Positions 1 to 8,850 of a stretch of DNA of 64,000 nt are shown piece after piece (position 1 is the stretch's first letter; each line of letters starts with the position of its first letter). The stretch spans positions 75,847-139,846 of the forward strand of contig CAINFC010000079.1 of the NCBI GenBank assembly GCA_903847975.1, given 5' to 3'. Under the pieces are notes generated by a model. That model ran no database searches and was not told the origin of the DNA. It worked only from the letters and a program-made list of their open reading frames with translations. This stretch comes from an uncultured Acidobacteriota bacterium (lineage in GTDB: Bacteria > Acidobacteriota > UBA6911 > CAINFC01). The translations under genes were made by a program, and so were the position numbers.

Positions 1-2232
1 CATCCACTCCTGCGGCTGGTTTTCCAGGCCGATCAGCTGCGTGCGGTAATGAATTCCTTCCTGGCGCAGAAAGGAAGGCAGGTAGTAAAAAATCTGCAGG
101 TGCTGGTCCCGGTATCCGAGCCGGATGGGCTGTTCGTGGTTCGCCGGTTTCCCCTGGATGGTGACCTGCTCGATGATCGGGGCCGGCGGCGACAGAGGAT
201 CGATGGCCAGGTCCGGATCCATAACCGCAACACCCTTAGCCGTACCTACCCAGATCTGGCCGGAACGGGTCTGGTAGATGGCACCGGTTTCTGCGGCGGA
301 GCTTGGCAATCCTTCGCTCGGGCGGAAAATCTGCACTCCGGCGGGACTCCAATCGGGCCCCTCCAGGTCGACTCGAACCACCCCCCGGGAAGCGGTCAGG
401 AACAGTCTGCCTTGCGGGCTGATCACCATTCTCTGCACCGTCTGGGCGGGCAGGTCGGGCAGATTCCGGCTGCCCCACAATTGAAATCCGCTCTCGAGGC
501 GGTCCATGTCCAGCCGGGCAAGAGTACCGTTCGCCGTGCTGGTCCACAGCCAGCGCTTTCCGCTGGGAGAGGTGCAGGCTGCCAGGCCATAAACGGACTT
601 GGTGTCCAAACCGGCGGCGGTTCCAAAATATTTCCAGCCGGTTGGATTCAGCCGTGCGATCCCTACGGAGCGTATCGACATCCAGATGCTGTGGGAACCG
701 TCCGGATCGGCAATGCCAATCAGGTTGGACACGGTCGGATTTTTCGGAATTTCCGGCGGTGTCTCCAGGAGCTGCCACTGCCCATCCTGGAAGCGGGCTA
801 CCCCGCCGTCCCCTGCGGCATAGACCTGCATCTGCCCGGGATCTCCAGGCACCAGGGCCAAGCCCTGGACACTGTAGATTTTCAACCCCTGCTCCGCTCC
901 GTAAGAGGTCCATGCTCCGCGACGCAGCCGGCTGACTCCACCCAGGGTTCCCAGCCAGATTTCCGGTCCGTCGGGTCCGCTCCATTCCCGTATGATGTTG
1001 ATGTAATCGGCGGCCAGCCCCTGCTTCCGGGTAAAAACCTCGATCTTCCCGAGCTGCCAGCGGACCAGGCCCTGGTCGGTTCCGATCCAGAAAGCCCGGT
1101 CCTTCGGCTGGATCCCGGTTTCCAGAAAACAATTGGCCTGATTGCTGGGCAGGAAGTTTTTGCCGGCCAGGGACCGCCAGCCGCCGGGATCGACCGATAC
1201 GATTCCCGCTCCCCGGGTTCCGGCCCAGAGCCTCGGTCGGAGCTGCGGATTTGCCCAGATGCTGTAAACGCCCGTGCTGGGAAAGCCTTCCTCCCGGCTG
1301 AACCTTTGCCAGCCCTCTGAGGTATACCGGGCCAGACCGGCGTCAAATGTGCCCACCCAGAGCTCTTCTTCTCTGCCGGGCATGGAAACCACGGCAAGGG
1401 AGGTCGGGCTTTTGCTCGGAGAGCCGGGAAACGGGCATTCCAGGCGATGAGCGGCCGGATCCAGCCGGCCGACTCCCAGCTGCCACGAGGAAATCCATAC
1501 TTCCATGGTGCCTTGGAGGGTCCTGCGCACGGCAATGGCGTTTACCCCGCTTTCCCAGGTCCCGGATTCTGTCCGGAACGGCTCCCACCCTTCTGCTTTC
1601 TGCATCCACAGCCGCTTTTGGCCTCCCACCCATACGCGGGGCCGGCCGCTTGCGTCGGGAATGGCCGCCAGGGCCCAGATCCAGGCCTCCTGCAGACCGG
1701 GAACCGCTTCGAAAACATCGCTTCCTTTTCGCAGCTGCAGCAGCCCGCCGCCCGCGGTTCCGGCCCACAAAGTCTCATCGTCCGTGACCAGAAAGGCATT
1801 CACCCGGCTGGCCGGTAACCCCTTGCCTTCACCCCAGTGCTTCCACTGGCCCTGGCGATAGCGCCAGATTCCACCGGCTTCGGTCCCAAACCAGAGTGCG
1901 CCGTCCGGCGTTTCCGAAATAGCTCGGATATATCGGGAGGGAGCCTCCGGGGGAAAGGGGAGGGACGTCCATCCGTTGCAGCCGAGAAAGGCGGCTCCCT
2001 CCTGCGTCCCGGCCCAGAGCAGCTGGCGGTGATCCTGGAAAACGGCATGAACGCGGGGATTGGGAAGGCCTTCCTCCACGCCGGCGGGCTGCATGGAGAT
2101 CCGGGCCAGATCGAACAGGTCCGCAGCTTTTAAAAAGATTTGTGCCGTCAGAAGAAAGACGAGCGTAGCCGAAAAGCGAGCCAGCCGGTTGTGGGTTGTA
2201 CGGGGTGGATGCTTTTTACTGCTGCGTGCCAC
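1..2232 (-). CDS. Two-component-regulator-propeller (Y_Y_Y-like beta-propeller) sensor domain protein, N-terminal part; the gene runs off the window start, so its C-terminus is outside
   Basis: The minus strand translates without a stop from GTG at 2232 (in-frame TAG 9 nt upstream) down to position 1. The N-terminus is hydrophobic (LVFLLTAQIFL). Many repeats of the blade pattern W(V/I/F)GT..G(L/V).R follow. It is absent from the supplied ORF track because it is unbounded at the window edge. Confidence 0.75.
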   Translation of the reverse strand, partial: MARSSKKHPPRTTHNRLARFSATLVFLLTAQIFLKAADLFDLARISMQPAGVEEGLPNPRVHAVFQDHRQLLWAGTQEGAAFLGCNGWTSLPFPPEAPSRYIRAISETPDGALWFGTEAGGIWRYRQGQWKHWGEGKGLPASRVNAFLVTDDETLWAGTAGGGLLQLRKGSDVFEAVPGLQEAWIWALAAIPDASGRPRVWVGGQKRLWMQKAEGWEPFRTESGTWESGVNAIAVRRTLQGTMEVWISSWQLGVGRLDPAAHRLECPFPGSPSKSPTSLAVVSMPGREEELWVGTFDAGLARYTSEGWQRFSREEGFPSTGVYSIWANPQLRPRLWAGTRGAGIVSVDPGGWRSLAGKNFLPSNQANCFLETGIQPKDRAFWIGTDQGLVRWQLGKIEVFTRKQGLAADYINIIREWSGPDGPEIWLGTLGGVSRLRRGAWTSYGAEQGLKIYSVQGLALVPGDPGQMQVYAAGDGGVARFQDGQWQLLETPPEIPKNPTVSNLIGIADPDGSHSIWMSIRSVGIARLNPTGWKYFGTAAGLDTKSVYGLAACTSPSGKRWLWTSTANGTLARLDMDRLESGFQLWGSRNLPDLPAQTVQRMVISPQGRLFLTASRGVVRVDLEGPDWSPAGVQIFRPSEGLPSSAAETGAIYQTRSGQIWVGTAKGVAVMDPDLAIDPLSPPAPIIEQVTIQGKPANHEQPIRLGYRDQHLQIFYYLPSFLRQEGIHYRTQLIGLENQPQEWM

Positions 2233-2383
2233 AAGGCAAGTCTATGTTACCTTTCCGGCGAAGTCAAGCGGTCGGGAGGAGGCGATGGGGGTCGCGCAGA
2301 AGAGGGAGCCTTTTCCCGAACGGAACCCCGAAGGCGGCCTGACTTTTTCTCCTCCTCCAAAGCAAAGGGCTTTGATAAAACCT

Positions 2384-4093
2384 TCAGCGCCGGATCAGGG
2401 GAAGGAAGTTGCGCGAGGAAAGAGGACGGAATTCATAGGCTCCCATATCGGGTGCCGTCCCGTATGGCCTCGCCAGCCGGTCGAAGTCATCCGCGAGGGA
2501 AAAGCCGGAGGAGGCTTTGTCGATCGCCGGACTCGACGGAAGCAGCCGGGCGTTGAAGGCATCGATGGCGATGTTGGCCAATCCGGGTGCGGTATCGCAG
2601 AGGTTGCCGGATCCGCTGCAATTCGGGGTGACGTTGCCGAACCGGGCACCGTTGATCAGGGAGTATTCGGTCTGGAACGGATTCGAGGGCAGCGTATCCC
2701 CGGACTCGTCGTTGTACCAGGCAAAGCAGGTCTGTTCCGCCGGCGCCGGGGACCTTCCCTGGAATATGCTGTTGCGCAGCCGCACCGATTCGGAGCCGTT
2801 GCAGGCCTGGTTCAGGGCGCATCCGGAAATCACCAGGCAGGTTCCCTCACCGGTTATGGTGGAATGGGCAACGGTGGCCTGGTCCCCGGGCCGCAGGACC
2901 AGAACCAGCGCATCCCCGGCAGCCCGGCAGTCGTCGTTCCAGGCGTAGGTAAAAGGCTTTCCCTGGAAATAGCGGCAGTTGCCGACCAGGATGGAATTTT
3001 CGATCTGCACCGGACCGGTGGTCTTCACCTGGTTTCCGGCATTCCCCTCCACCCGGGTACGGCGGATCTCGATCTGCGATCCGGGCATCCGGACGTAAAG
3101 CATATCGAGACCGTCGGAGGTGTTGTGCAGGATGGCGGAGTCTTCGATGACCCAGTGACCGGCGGTGAGGCCGCCAATGCCCACTCCGTCTCCGTAACCG
3201 CCGGCGCTCTGCCCCCAGCATCCTGTCGGCTGGCCCCCGGGATAGGTTTCTCCGCAGCCGTTCCATTCGACCAGCCAGCGGCGGAAGGTGAGCGTTCCCT
3301 GGTTCGCGGAAGCGGATCCGTCCCCGACCAGGTCGCTGTCCCAGCCGGCCGCGCCGTTTCCGGCGACCCGCACGCGATCCACCGTCCAGTCGGTCAGCCG
3401 GCCGGCCAGCACGCCCCGGCTGGCCAGTCCGTGGATGTTCAGATCGGCCAGGGAGACATCGGCGGAATCCTCGGCGTATAGCCCGACCCGGGCCCAGGGC
3501 CCGTAGGGGGCGGTGTCCCGCCGGCAGGCCAGGCCGCTGTCCGAATGATCTTCCACGCAGCCGGAGTGATCGGTTATTTCCAGGCAGGCGATGCGCACAT
3601 GGCTGGAGCCGGTCAGGTTGAGCACCAGGTTGGCGCGCTCCGTGCCCCACAGCTGCGGCGGCGCCGGGCATCCGGCATCCCATCCGGCACCGAGAATCCG
3701 GGTCGGGTGCAGGGTGTCGGGCCCGCTGGGAACCGGGAGCATGAAGCAGTCATATGCCGCTTCGGCGTCACAACTCCCGGCCGTGCGAGGCGCGCCCCAG
3801 CCCATCTGGTATACGCCGGGGCCCACCATCAGCGTATCTCCCCCGGCCATCAGCGCCGTTCCCCCGGGCGGAAGGGCCTGAAACGGGTGGTTCCAGGCGC
3901 AGGGCTGTCCCGTTCCCGATCCGGGATAGGCGGTATCGGCCCTTCCCGTGCATTGCTCGGAGCTTCCTCCGTCCATCCTGATATAAAAGGTTGTGGCGGA
4001 GGCGGCGGGAGGGGTCATACGCAAGCCCAGCCCTGCCGGGGAAAGGAGCAGAAGGAAAGAAAAAAACCGATAGCGTCCGGTATTCATAGCCAT
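2384..4093 (-). CDS. Secreted right-handed parallel beta-helix (pectate-lyase/NosD-like) repeat protein with a C-terminal D-x-GAYE motif
   Basis: The ATG at 4093 is preceded by AGGAGA 7 nt upstream. A signal peptide is present (MAMNTGRYRFFSFLLLLSPAGLG). The composition is rich in G/S/T/N/D/V with repeated beta-helix turns, and the protein ends ...DMGAYEF. The long ORF-track version (2384..4690) carries an implausible N-terminal extension. Confidence 0.75.
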   Translation of the reverse strand: MAMNTGRYRFFSFLLLLSPAGLGLRMTPPAASATTFYIRMDGGSSEQCTGRADTAYPGSGTGQPCAWNHPFQALPPGGTALMAGGDTLMVGPGVYQMGWGAPRTAGSCDAEAAYDCFMLPVPSGPDTLHPTRILGAGWDAGCPAPPQLWGTERANLVLNLTGSSHVRIACLEITDHSGCVEDHSDSGLACRRDTAPYGPWARVGLYAEDSADVSLADLNIHGLASRGVLAGRLTDWTVDRVRVAGNGAAGWDSDLVGDGSASANQGTLTFRRWLVEWNGCGETYPGGQPTGCWGQSAGGYGDGVGIGGLTAGHWVIEDSAILHNTSDGLDMLYVRMPGSQIEIRRTRVEGNAGNQVKTTGPVQIENSILVGNCRYFQGKPFTYAWNDDCRAAGDALVLVLRPGDQATVAHSTITGEGTCLVISGCALNQACNGSESVRLRNSIFQGRSPAPAEQTCFAWYNDESGDTLPSNPFQTEYSLINGARFGNVTPNCSGSGNLCDTAPGLANIAIDAFNARLLPSSPAIDKASSGFSLADDFDRLARPYGTAPDMGAYEFRPLSSRNFLPLIRR

Positions 4094-4254
4094 GGTTGCT
4101 TCTCCTGAAACTGCTTCCCAAGGGGGAACCGATTCCAAATTGTAGCACGGGGAAGCCGGCGGGCTATAAGGAGCAGGCAAATTTTCCGAAAGGTTGCTGC
4201 CGGCGGGTGTTGAGGGGTGAGACTCCCGGCGGGCGGGAGCCGAAGGATGGAACT

Positions 4255-5313
4255 TCAGTGCCGGGAGCCGGCATCCAAACGGGTGTAATAATCCCAGTCG
4301 CCTAATTCCCGGTCGGTCGGCTCCGGGGAACCTTTCGGCAGATGAATGGTCTCCCAGAAGAGAGGGCCTACGAACTTGAAGACCTCTTCTTTCAGAATGT
4401 CCGGGGGCAGAGAACTTCCTGTTTCCCGTGGGGAGACGACAAACAGATCGCTCTGTCCCCACTTGTTGGTCGGGGTAATCAGCGAGCCTTCCATCTGGTT
4501 CAACCGACGGGCCAGCCCGGCGGAGTTCAGGTCGACATAGGGGACCTGCTTGATGACCCGATACTCGAAGTTTCCGTTGATCCGCAGAGCGGTAATGATC
4601 AGCTGCTTGCCTTCCTCGCGAAACAGGTAGCTTCTTGCCTGGGCCCCGACTTCCTTGATCATGATCCAGCCGTCGCCCTGGTCGAGGCACTCGTAGCGGG
4701 TATCCGGCTCGATCATTTCGGCGCGTCCGGCCACGTATTCATCGATGCGCCGGCCGACTTCGTTGACGATCTTCCTCATGCCGGCGGCATCCATTCGGGG
4801 AAGTATGCCGGCCACTTTGGCTTCGTTGTAGGCCTGGTAAATCCAGAACATCCGCTTCAGGCGGTTGGAATAGATATCGAAAGGATAGGCGCCGCAGGTG
4901 GTGTCCAGGGCATCTTCCAGGTGCAGGGCGTCGACCAGCAGGGGCGGCGTGCGGCGGGTTTCGAACCACTCCGGGTGGGAGAGCAGCCACCAGGTTTTGC
5001 AGACGTCCTCATCGCAGTGGTTGGCGAAAACCGTACCCTGCAGAAAATTTTCTTTCAGGAAACCGAGCCTCTCCAGGATGCGCAGCTTCATATGATAATG
5101 CGCCTGGGCGCAGGTGCTGCGGGTGGAGGACCGGTTCACTTTGGCATGGTGATCCAGGTTCAGATAGGGGCCTTCGTGGTCGGCGGTTTTGAGCTGCCAG
5201 CGGCTCTCGTCCTCCACGTACCCGTCGATGGCGATCGAATAGGGCCGGTGGGTTTCCACGAAGGTTTCGAAAGACGGGATGGTTACCCGGGGGCGAAGGC
5301 AAAGCTCAAGCAT
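4255..5313 (-). CDS. Hypothetical protein (352 aa)
   Basis: Protein-like composition, unlike the antisense ORF 4342..5376, which is G/A/V-rich junk. GGAAG lies 7 nt upstream of the ATG. It contains an LNLDHH stretch, but no confident family assignment was made. Confidence 0.55.
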   Translation of the reverse strand: MLELCLRPRVTIPSFETFVETHRPYSIAIDGYVEDESRWQLKTADHEGPYLNLDHHAKVNRSSTRSTCAQAHYHMKLRILERLGFLKENFLQGTVFANHCDEDVCKTWWLLSHPEWFETRRTPPLLVDALHLEDALDTTCGAYPFDIYSNRLKRMFWIYQAYNEAKVAGILPRMDAAGMRKIVNEVGRRIDEYVAGRAEMIEPDTRYECLDQGDGWIMIKEVGAQARSYLFREEGKQLIITALRINGNFEYRVIKQVPYVDLNSAGLARRLNQMEGSLITPTNKWGQSDLFVVSPRETGSSLPPDILKEEVFKFVGPLFWETIHLPKGSPEPTDRELGDWDYYTRLDAGSRH

Positions 5314-5536
5314 GGAAAATCTTCCGATCGGCGGCCGGAGCAGGAAAATAAAGGGCGCTCCGGCAACGGCAATTAAGGCAGGCGGGTATTGGCTCCGAAT
5401 CCATAGGAATCTTTTATTAAAACAAAGGCAGAATTTTAGGTGGACTCTCCGTGATTGTCAAGATTCGGTCTCATTCTTTTCCAAAGAGGCCGGGTGCTGT
5501 TTCCTCGGGAGGAGACGCTATCCGGGATCATCTTTC

Positions 5537-5566
5537 TTGACATTGGGCGGCGGTCGCTCTTATCAT
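5537..5566 (+). promoter_or_regulatory. Putative sigma70-type promoter (TTGACA, 18-nt spacer, TATCAT) for the hydrolase gene
   Basis: TTGACA at 5537..5542 and TATCAT at 5561..5566, about 35 nt upstream of the ATG at 5600. Confidence 0.4.
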
Positions 5567-5599
5567 ACCGCCTGGATGTCTTCCCGTTCCGCTGGGTCC

Positions 5600-6418
5600 A
5601 TGAAAAAAAAGATGTATACGGTCATACTGGCAGGAATTATTTTATACCTGAGCCTGGCGGCTGTTCTTTACCTTCTCCAGGGGAGGCTTCTGTATATTCC
5701 TTTCCGGGAAATTGCCGTAACTCCCGATCAGGTCGGCATCGCCTACGAAGAGCACCGCCTGACGGCTGCCGACGGCAAAACCCTGGCGGCCTGGTGGCTG
5801 CCGGTGGAAAATTCCCGCGGAGTACTGCTGTTCTGCCACGGCAACGCCGGCAATATTTCCCACCGGTTGTATCCCGCCCAGCTTTTTCAGAAACTGGGCC
5901 TGAGCGTTCTGCTTTTCGACTACCGGGGCTACGGGAAAAGCCAGGGAGAGCCGAGCGAAGAGGGAACCTACCTCGATGCGGATGCCGCCTGGCGTTTTCT
6001 GAGGGAGCATAAAGGAATTCCCCCCGAAAAGGTCCTGGTGTTCGGGGAGTCGCTGGGAGGAGCGGTGGCCGCGGATCTGGCCTGGCGCTGCCGACCGGCC
6101 GGATTGATCCTGCAGTCCACCTTCACCTCCATCCCGGAGCTGGCCGGCAAGTTGTACCCTTTGCTTCCCGGACGATGGCTGTCCCGCTTTCAGTACCGGA
6201 CCATCGACAAAATCGGGGGGATCGCCTGCCCCAAGCTGATTGTCCATAGCAGGGAAGACGAGATTGTCCCTTTTTCGCATGGCCGGGCGCTTTTTGAAAA
6301 GGCAGCCGAGCCGAAGCATTTCCTGGAAATCCGCGGCACGCACAACGAGACTCTGGCCCCCGCAGACGAGACCTATCCCCGGGATGTGGAGCGCTTTCTG
6401 AGAACCGTATTCCCGTGA
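5600..6418 (+). CDS. Alpha/beta hydrolase fold protein (hydrolase_4/BAAT-like) with an N-terminal TM anchor
   Basis: MKKKMYTVILAGIILYLSLAAVLYLL forms a TM helix. It has a GESLGG nucleophile elbow and an HGNAGN motif. The 5279 start in the ORF track is an N-terminal extension with no support. Confidence 0.8.
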   Translation: MKKKMYTVILAGIILYLSLAAVLYLLQGRLLYIPFREIAVTPDQVGIAYEEHRLTAADGKTLAAWWLPVENSRGVLLFCHGNAGNISHRLYPAQLFQKLGLSVLLFDYRGYGKSQGEPSEEGTYLDADAAWRFLREHKGIPPEKVLVFGESLGGAVAADLAWRCRPAGLILQSTFTSIPELAGKLYPLLPGRWLSRFQYRTIDKIGGIACPKLIVHSREDEIVPFSHGRALFEKAAEPKHFLEIRGTHNETLAPADETYPRDVERFLRTVFP

Positions 6419-6464
6419 ACGGCGGCCGCGCTCCACAACCAATTCATTGACTATGGAGATACCG

Positions 6465-7214
6465 ATGCAGCTGCAAAATAAAACCTGTCTGATCACCGGC
6501 GGCACCAAAGGGATTGGCGCCGCCACGGCGCTTTCGCTGGCCGGGCAGGGCGCCCGTCTTGCGGTTGCGGCCCGCCATGCGGATGAAAATGCCCGGGTGC
6601 TCGAGAAGCGCATCGAGGCGCTGGGAAGCCAGTGCCTGCTGCTGGCGGCCGATATGGGCCAGCCGGAACAGGCGGTGCGCTGCGTGGAGCAGACCGAGGC
6701 CCGTTTCGGCCCGGTAGACGTGCTGGTGCACGCCGCCGGGGGGCCGGTCAACGGCGGGCTGCTGGATCTGACCCGGGACGCCTGGTATGAGGCCTTCGAG
6801 GTGCACGTCCACGCCGTGTTTCACCTCTGCCGGGCGGTGATTCCCGGCATGAAGCGGAAAGGAGAGGGCGCCATCGTGCTGGTCTCCTCTGTGGCCGGCA
6901 TCCGCGGCATCAAGACCAACATCGCCTACCAGGCGGTCAAAGGGGTCATTCCGCAGATGGCCCGCGCCCTGGCGTTCGAGTTTGCCGGGGACAATATCCG
7001 CGTCAACTGCGTGGCTCCGGGCATCATCCGCACCGATTTTCACGCGGCGATGCCCCCGGAGGTGAAGAAGCATAACCTGGAAAACCGGATTCCCCTGCAC
7101 CGCGAAGGAAAGCCGGAGCAGGTGGCGCACATGATACGGGAGCTGATCTGCAACGATTATGTGACCGGGGAAACCGTGGTGGTCGACGGCGGGCTCACCA
7201 TGCGGATCTGCTGA
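6465..7214 (+). CDS. SDR-family NAD(P)-dependent oxidoreductase (3-oxoacyl-ACP reductase-like)
   Basis: TCLITGGTKGIGAA Rossmann motif; catalytic YQAVK; SSVAG motif. GGAGA lies 6 nt before the ATG at 6465; the alternative start at 6447 has a weaker RBS. Confidence 0.85.
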   Translation: MQLQNKTCLITGGTKGIGAATALSLAGQGARLAVAARHADENARVLEKRIEALGSQCLLLAADMGQPEQAVRCVEQTEARFGPVDVLVHAAGGPVNGGLLDLTRDAWYEAFEVHVHAVFHLCRAVIPGMKRKGEGAIVLVSSVAGIRGIKTNIAYQAVKGVIPQMARALAFEFAGDNIRVNCVAPGIIRTDFHAAMPPEVKKHNLENRIPLHREGKPEQVAHMIRELICNDYVTGETVVVDGGLTMRIC

Positions 7215-7229
7215 CCGGGCCTTACGCCG

Positions 7230-8501
7230 ATGAAGCTCCCGCCCTGCTCCGGTCCCGAAGCCCAATCCGCGCGGCCCGCGCCGGGCCGCCTCCGCTGGCT
7301 GATGATCGCCCTGGCCTTTCTGGCCACGGTGATCAACTACCTGGACCGCCAGACCCTTTCGGTCGTCGCTCCCGAGCTGAAAAAAGAGTTTGCCATGAGC
7401 GATGAAACCTACGGACTGATCCTGAGCGCCTTCATGCTGGCCTACACCGTTATGAACGGCATTTCCGGGCCGATCCTGGACCGGGTGGGAACGCGGATCG
7501 GTTATGCCCTGTGCATGGTTTGGTGGTCCACGGCCGGGATGCTGCACGCGCTGGCCACCGGCCCTTTCTCGCTGGGCATTTTCCGGTTCCTGCTGGGCAT
7601 GGGCGAGGCGGGCAACTGGCCTGCGGGAGTCAAATTGGTCGGGGAATGGTTCCCGCCCCGGGAGCGGGCGCTGGCCTCCGGCATTTTCAACAGCGGGTCG
7701 GCTATCGGGGCCATCCTGGCCCCGCCGCTGGTGGCCTGGCTGGTGATCCGGTGGGGTTGGCCCAGCGCTTTCCTGATCGTCGGGCTCAGCGGATACCTGT
7801 GGCTTGTCGTCTGGTGGCTTTCCTACTACACTCCGTCCCAGGGGGCGGAGGAAATCAGCCGCCCGGCCGTCTCGCCCTGGCGGCTGATGGGCACGCGGTT
7901 TGTCGGGTTCTTTACCCTGTCCAAGGTTTTCATGGATCCGGTCTGGTACTTCTACATTTTCTGGTTTCCCAAATTCCTGAGCTCCGTCCACGGCTTTTCG
8001 CTCGCGGATATCGGCAAAACCGCCTGGATTCCCTTTTTAACCGCCGACATCGGGAACATTGCCGGAGGGGCCCTGACGCAGTGGTTCATCCGGCGGGGGA
8101 TCCCTATCCCTCGGGCCAGGCGCATATCCGTCAGCATTTTTACCCTGCTTATGGCTTCCGCCATTCCGGTGATGTTCGCTCCCAGTGCCGCAGCGGCAAT
8201 CGCGCTGATTTCCACAGCGACCTTTGGATATACCGGGTACCTGGCAAACGCCCTGGCCATTCCTGCCGATGTGTTCCCCAAAACCATGCTGGGGTCCGTC
8301 TGGGGTCTGGCCAGCATGGGCTCCGGCTTTGGGGGCATGGTGTTCAGCTGGCTATCCGGACGGCTCATCGACCAGTACGGATATACCCCGGTGTTCGTCG
8401 GCTACGGCATCATGCCGCTCGTCTCCCTGGCTATTCTGCTCCTCCTGGTCGGGCCCTTCACTCCGGATCCCCGCTGGCAGAGCCGGGGTGAGGCCAGCTG
8501 A
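7230..8501 (+). CDS. MFS transporter (anion:cation symporter, ACS-like family)
   Basis: Twelve predicted TM segments; MFS signature G-(x)3-D-R-x-G-R-R (LDRVGTRIG); DRQTLSVVAPEL N-terminal motif. Confidence 0.85.
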   Translation: MKLPPCSGPEAQSARPAPGRLRWLMIALAFLATVINYLDRQTLSVVAPELKKEFAMSDETYGLILSAFMLAYTVMNGISGPILDRVGTRIGYALCMVWWSTAGMLHALATGPFSLGIFRFLLGMGEAGNWPAGVKLVGEWFPPRERALASGIFNSGSAIGAILAPPLVAWLVIRWGWPSAFLIVGLSGYLWLVVWWLSYYTPSQGAEEISRPAVSPWRLMGTRFVGFFTLSKVFMDPVWYFYIFWFPKFLSSVHGFSLADIGKTAWIPFLTADIGNIAGGALTQWFIRRGIPIPRARRISVSIFTLLMASAIPVMFAPSAAAAIALISTATFGYTGYLANALAIPADVFPKTMLGSVWGLASMGSGFGGMVFSWLSGRLIDQYGYTPVFVGYGIMPLVSLAILLLLVGPFTPDPRWQSRGEAS

Positions 8502-8850
8502 TGTTTCTGCGGGGGCGGCCGGCATGTCCCGGTCACGGTAAGGGTGCCATAACTCCCGGCAGCGCATCGTCATGCCTTTTCCCCGGTCCGCAAACGGCCC
8601 AAAACCAGTCGACTGTTTCAGGGGTCGCCCTCGCATCCACTATAGGACGGTCCGGTAAAAAGTAGTGAGCTCGCGCGGAAGCCCTTTGGGGATCCTTTAT
8701 GCGGAGCCATCTCATGTGATTTCAGCTTGTTTTTTTTCCAAGGGCATCCTAAAATCTGCAATAAGAGACATAAGCTGTAAATCCAATCCACCCGGCGGGA
8801 GGTAAGGATTCGATGCGCCGTATCGGATTTCCATTTTGGGAGGCGTGCTT

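Noticed and set aside
49..1320. Plus-strand ORFs 49..1320 and 2060..3481 and other long ORFs opposite to real genes (for example 4342..5376, 5642..6751, 6444..7991, 7511..8491, 11144..12397, 12527..13474, 13902..15275, 15524..16666, 20207..22249, 23805..24938, 34175..35128, 37148..38104, 38861..41276, 46180..48522, 48664..49875, 49878..52613, 53463..54995, 55975..57198, 58435..60513, 60528..62321, 62369..63925)
   Set aside because: Their G/A/R/P-rich low-complexity translations are typical of antisense or out-of-frame reading in high-GC DNA. Each overlaps a gene with clear family motifs and RBS support on the other strand or frame.
8790..8830. TCGAATCC-like T-loop sequence (reverse strand) considered as a tRNA
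   Set aside because: No flanking complementary T-stem, acceptor stem or anticodon arm could be formed. No tRNA, rRNA, tmRNA, RNase P or SRP RNA signatures were recognised anywhere in the window, though by-eye detection is limited.
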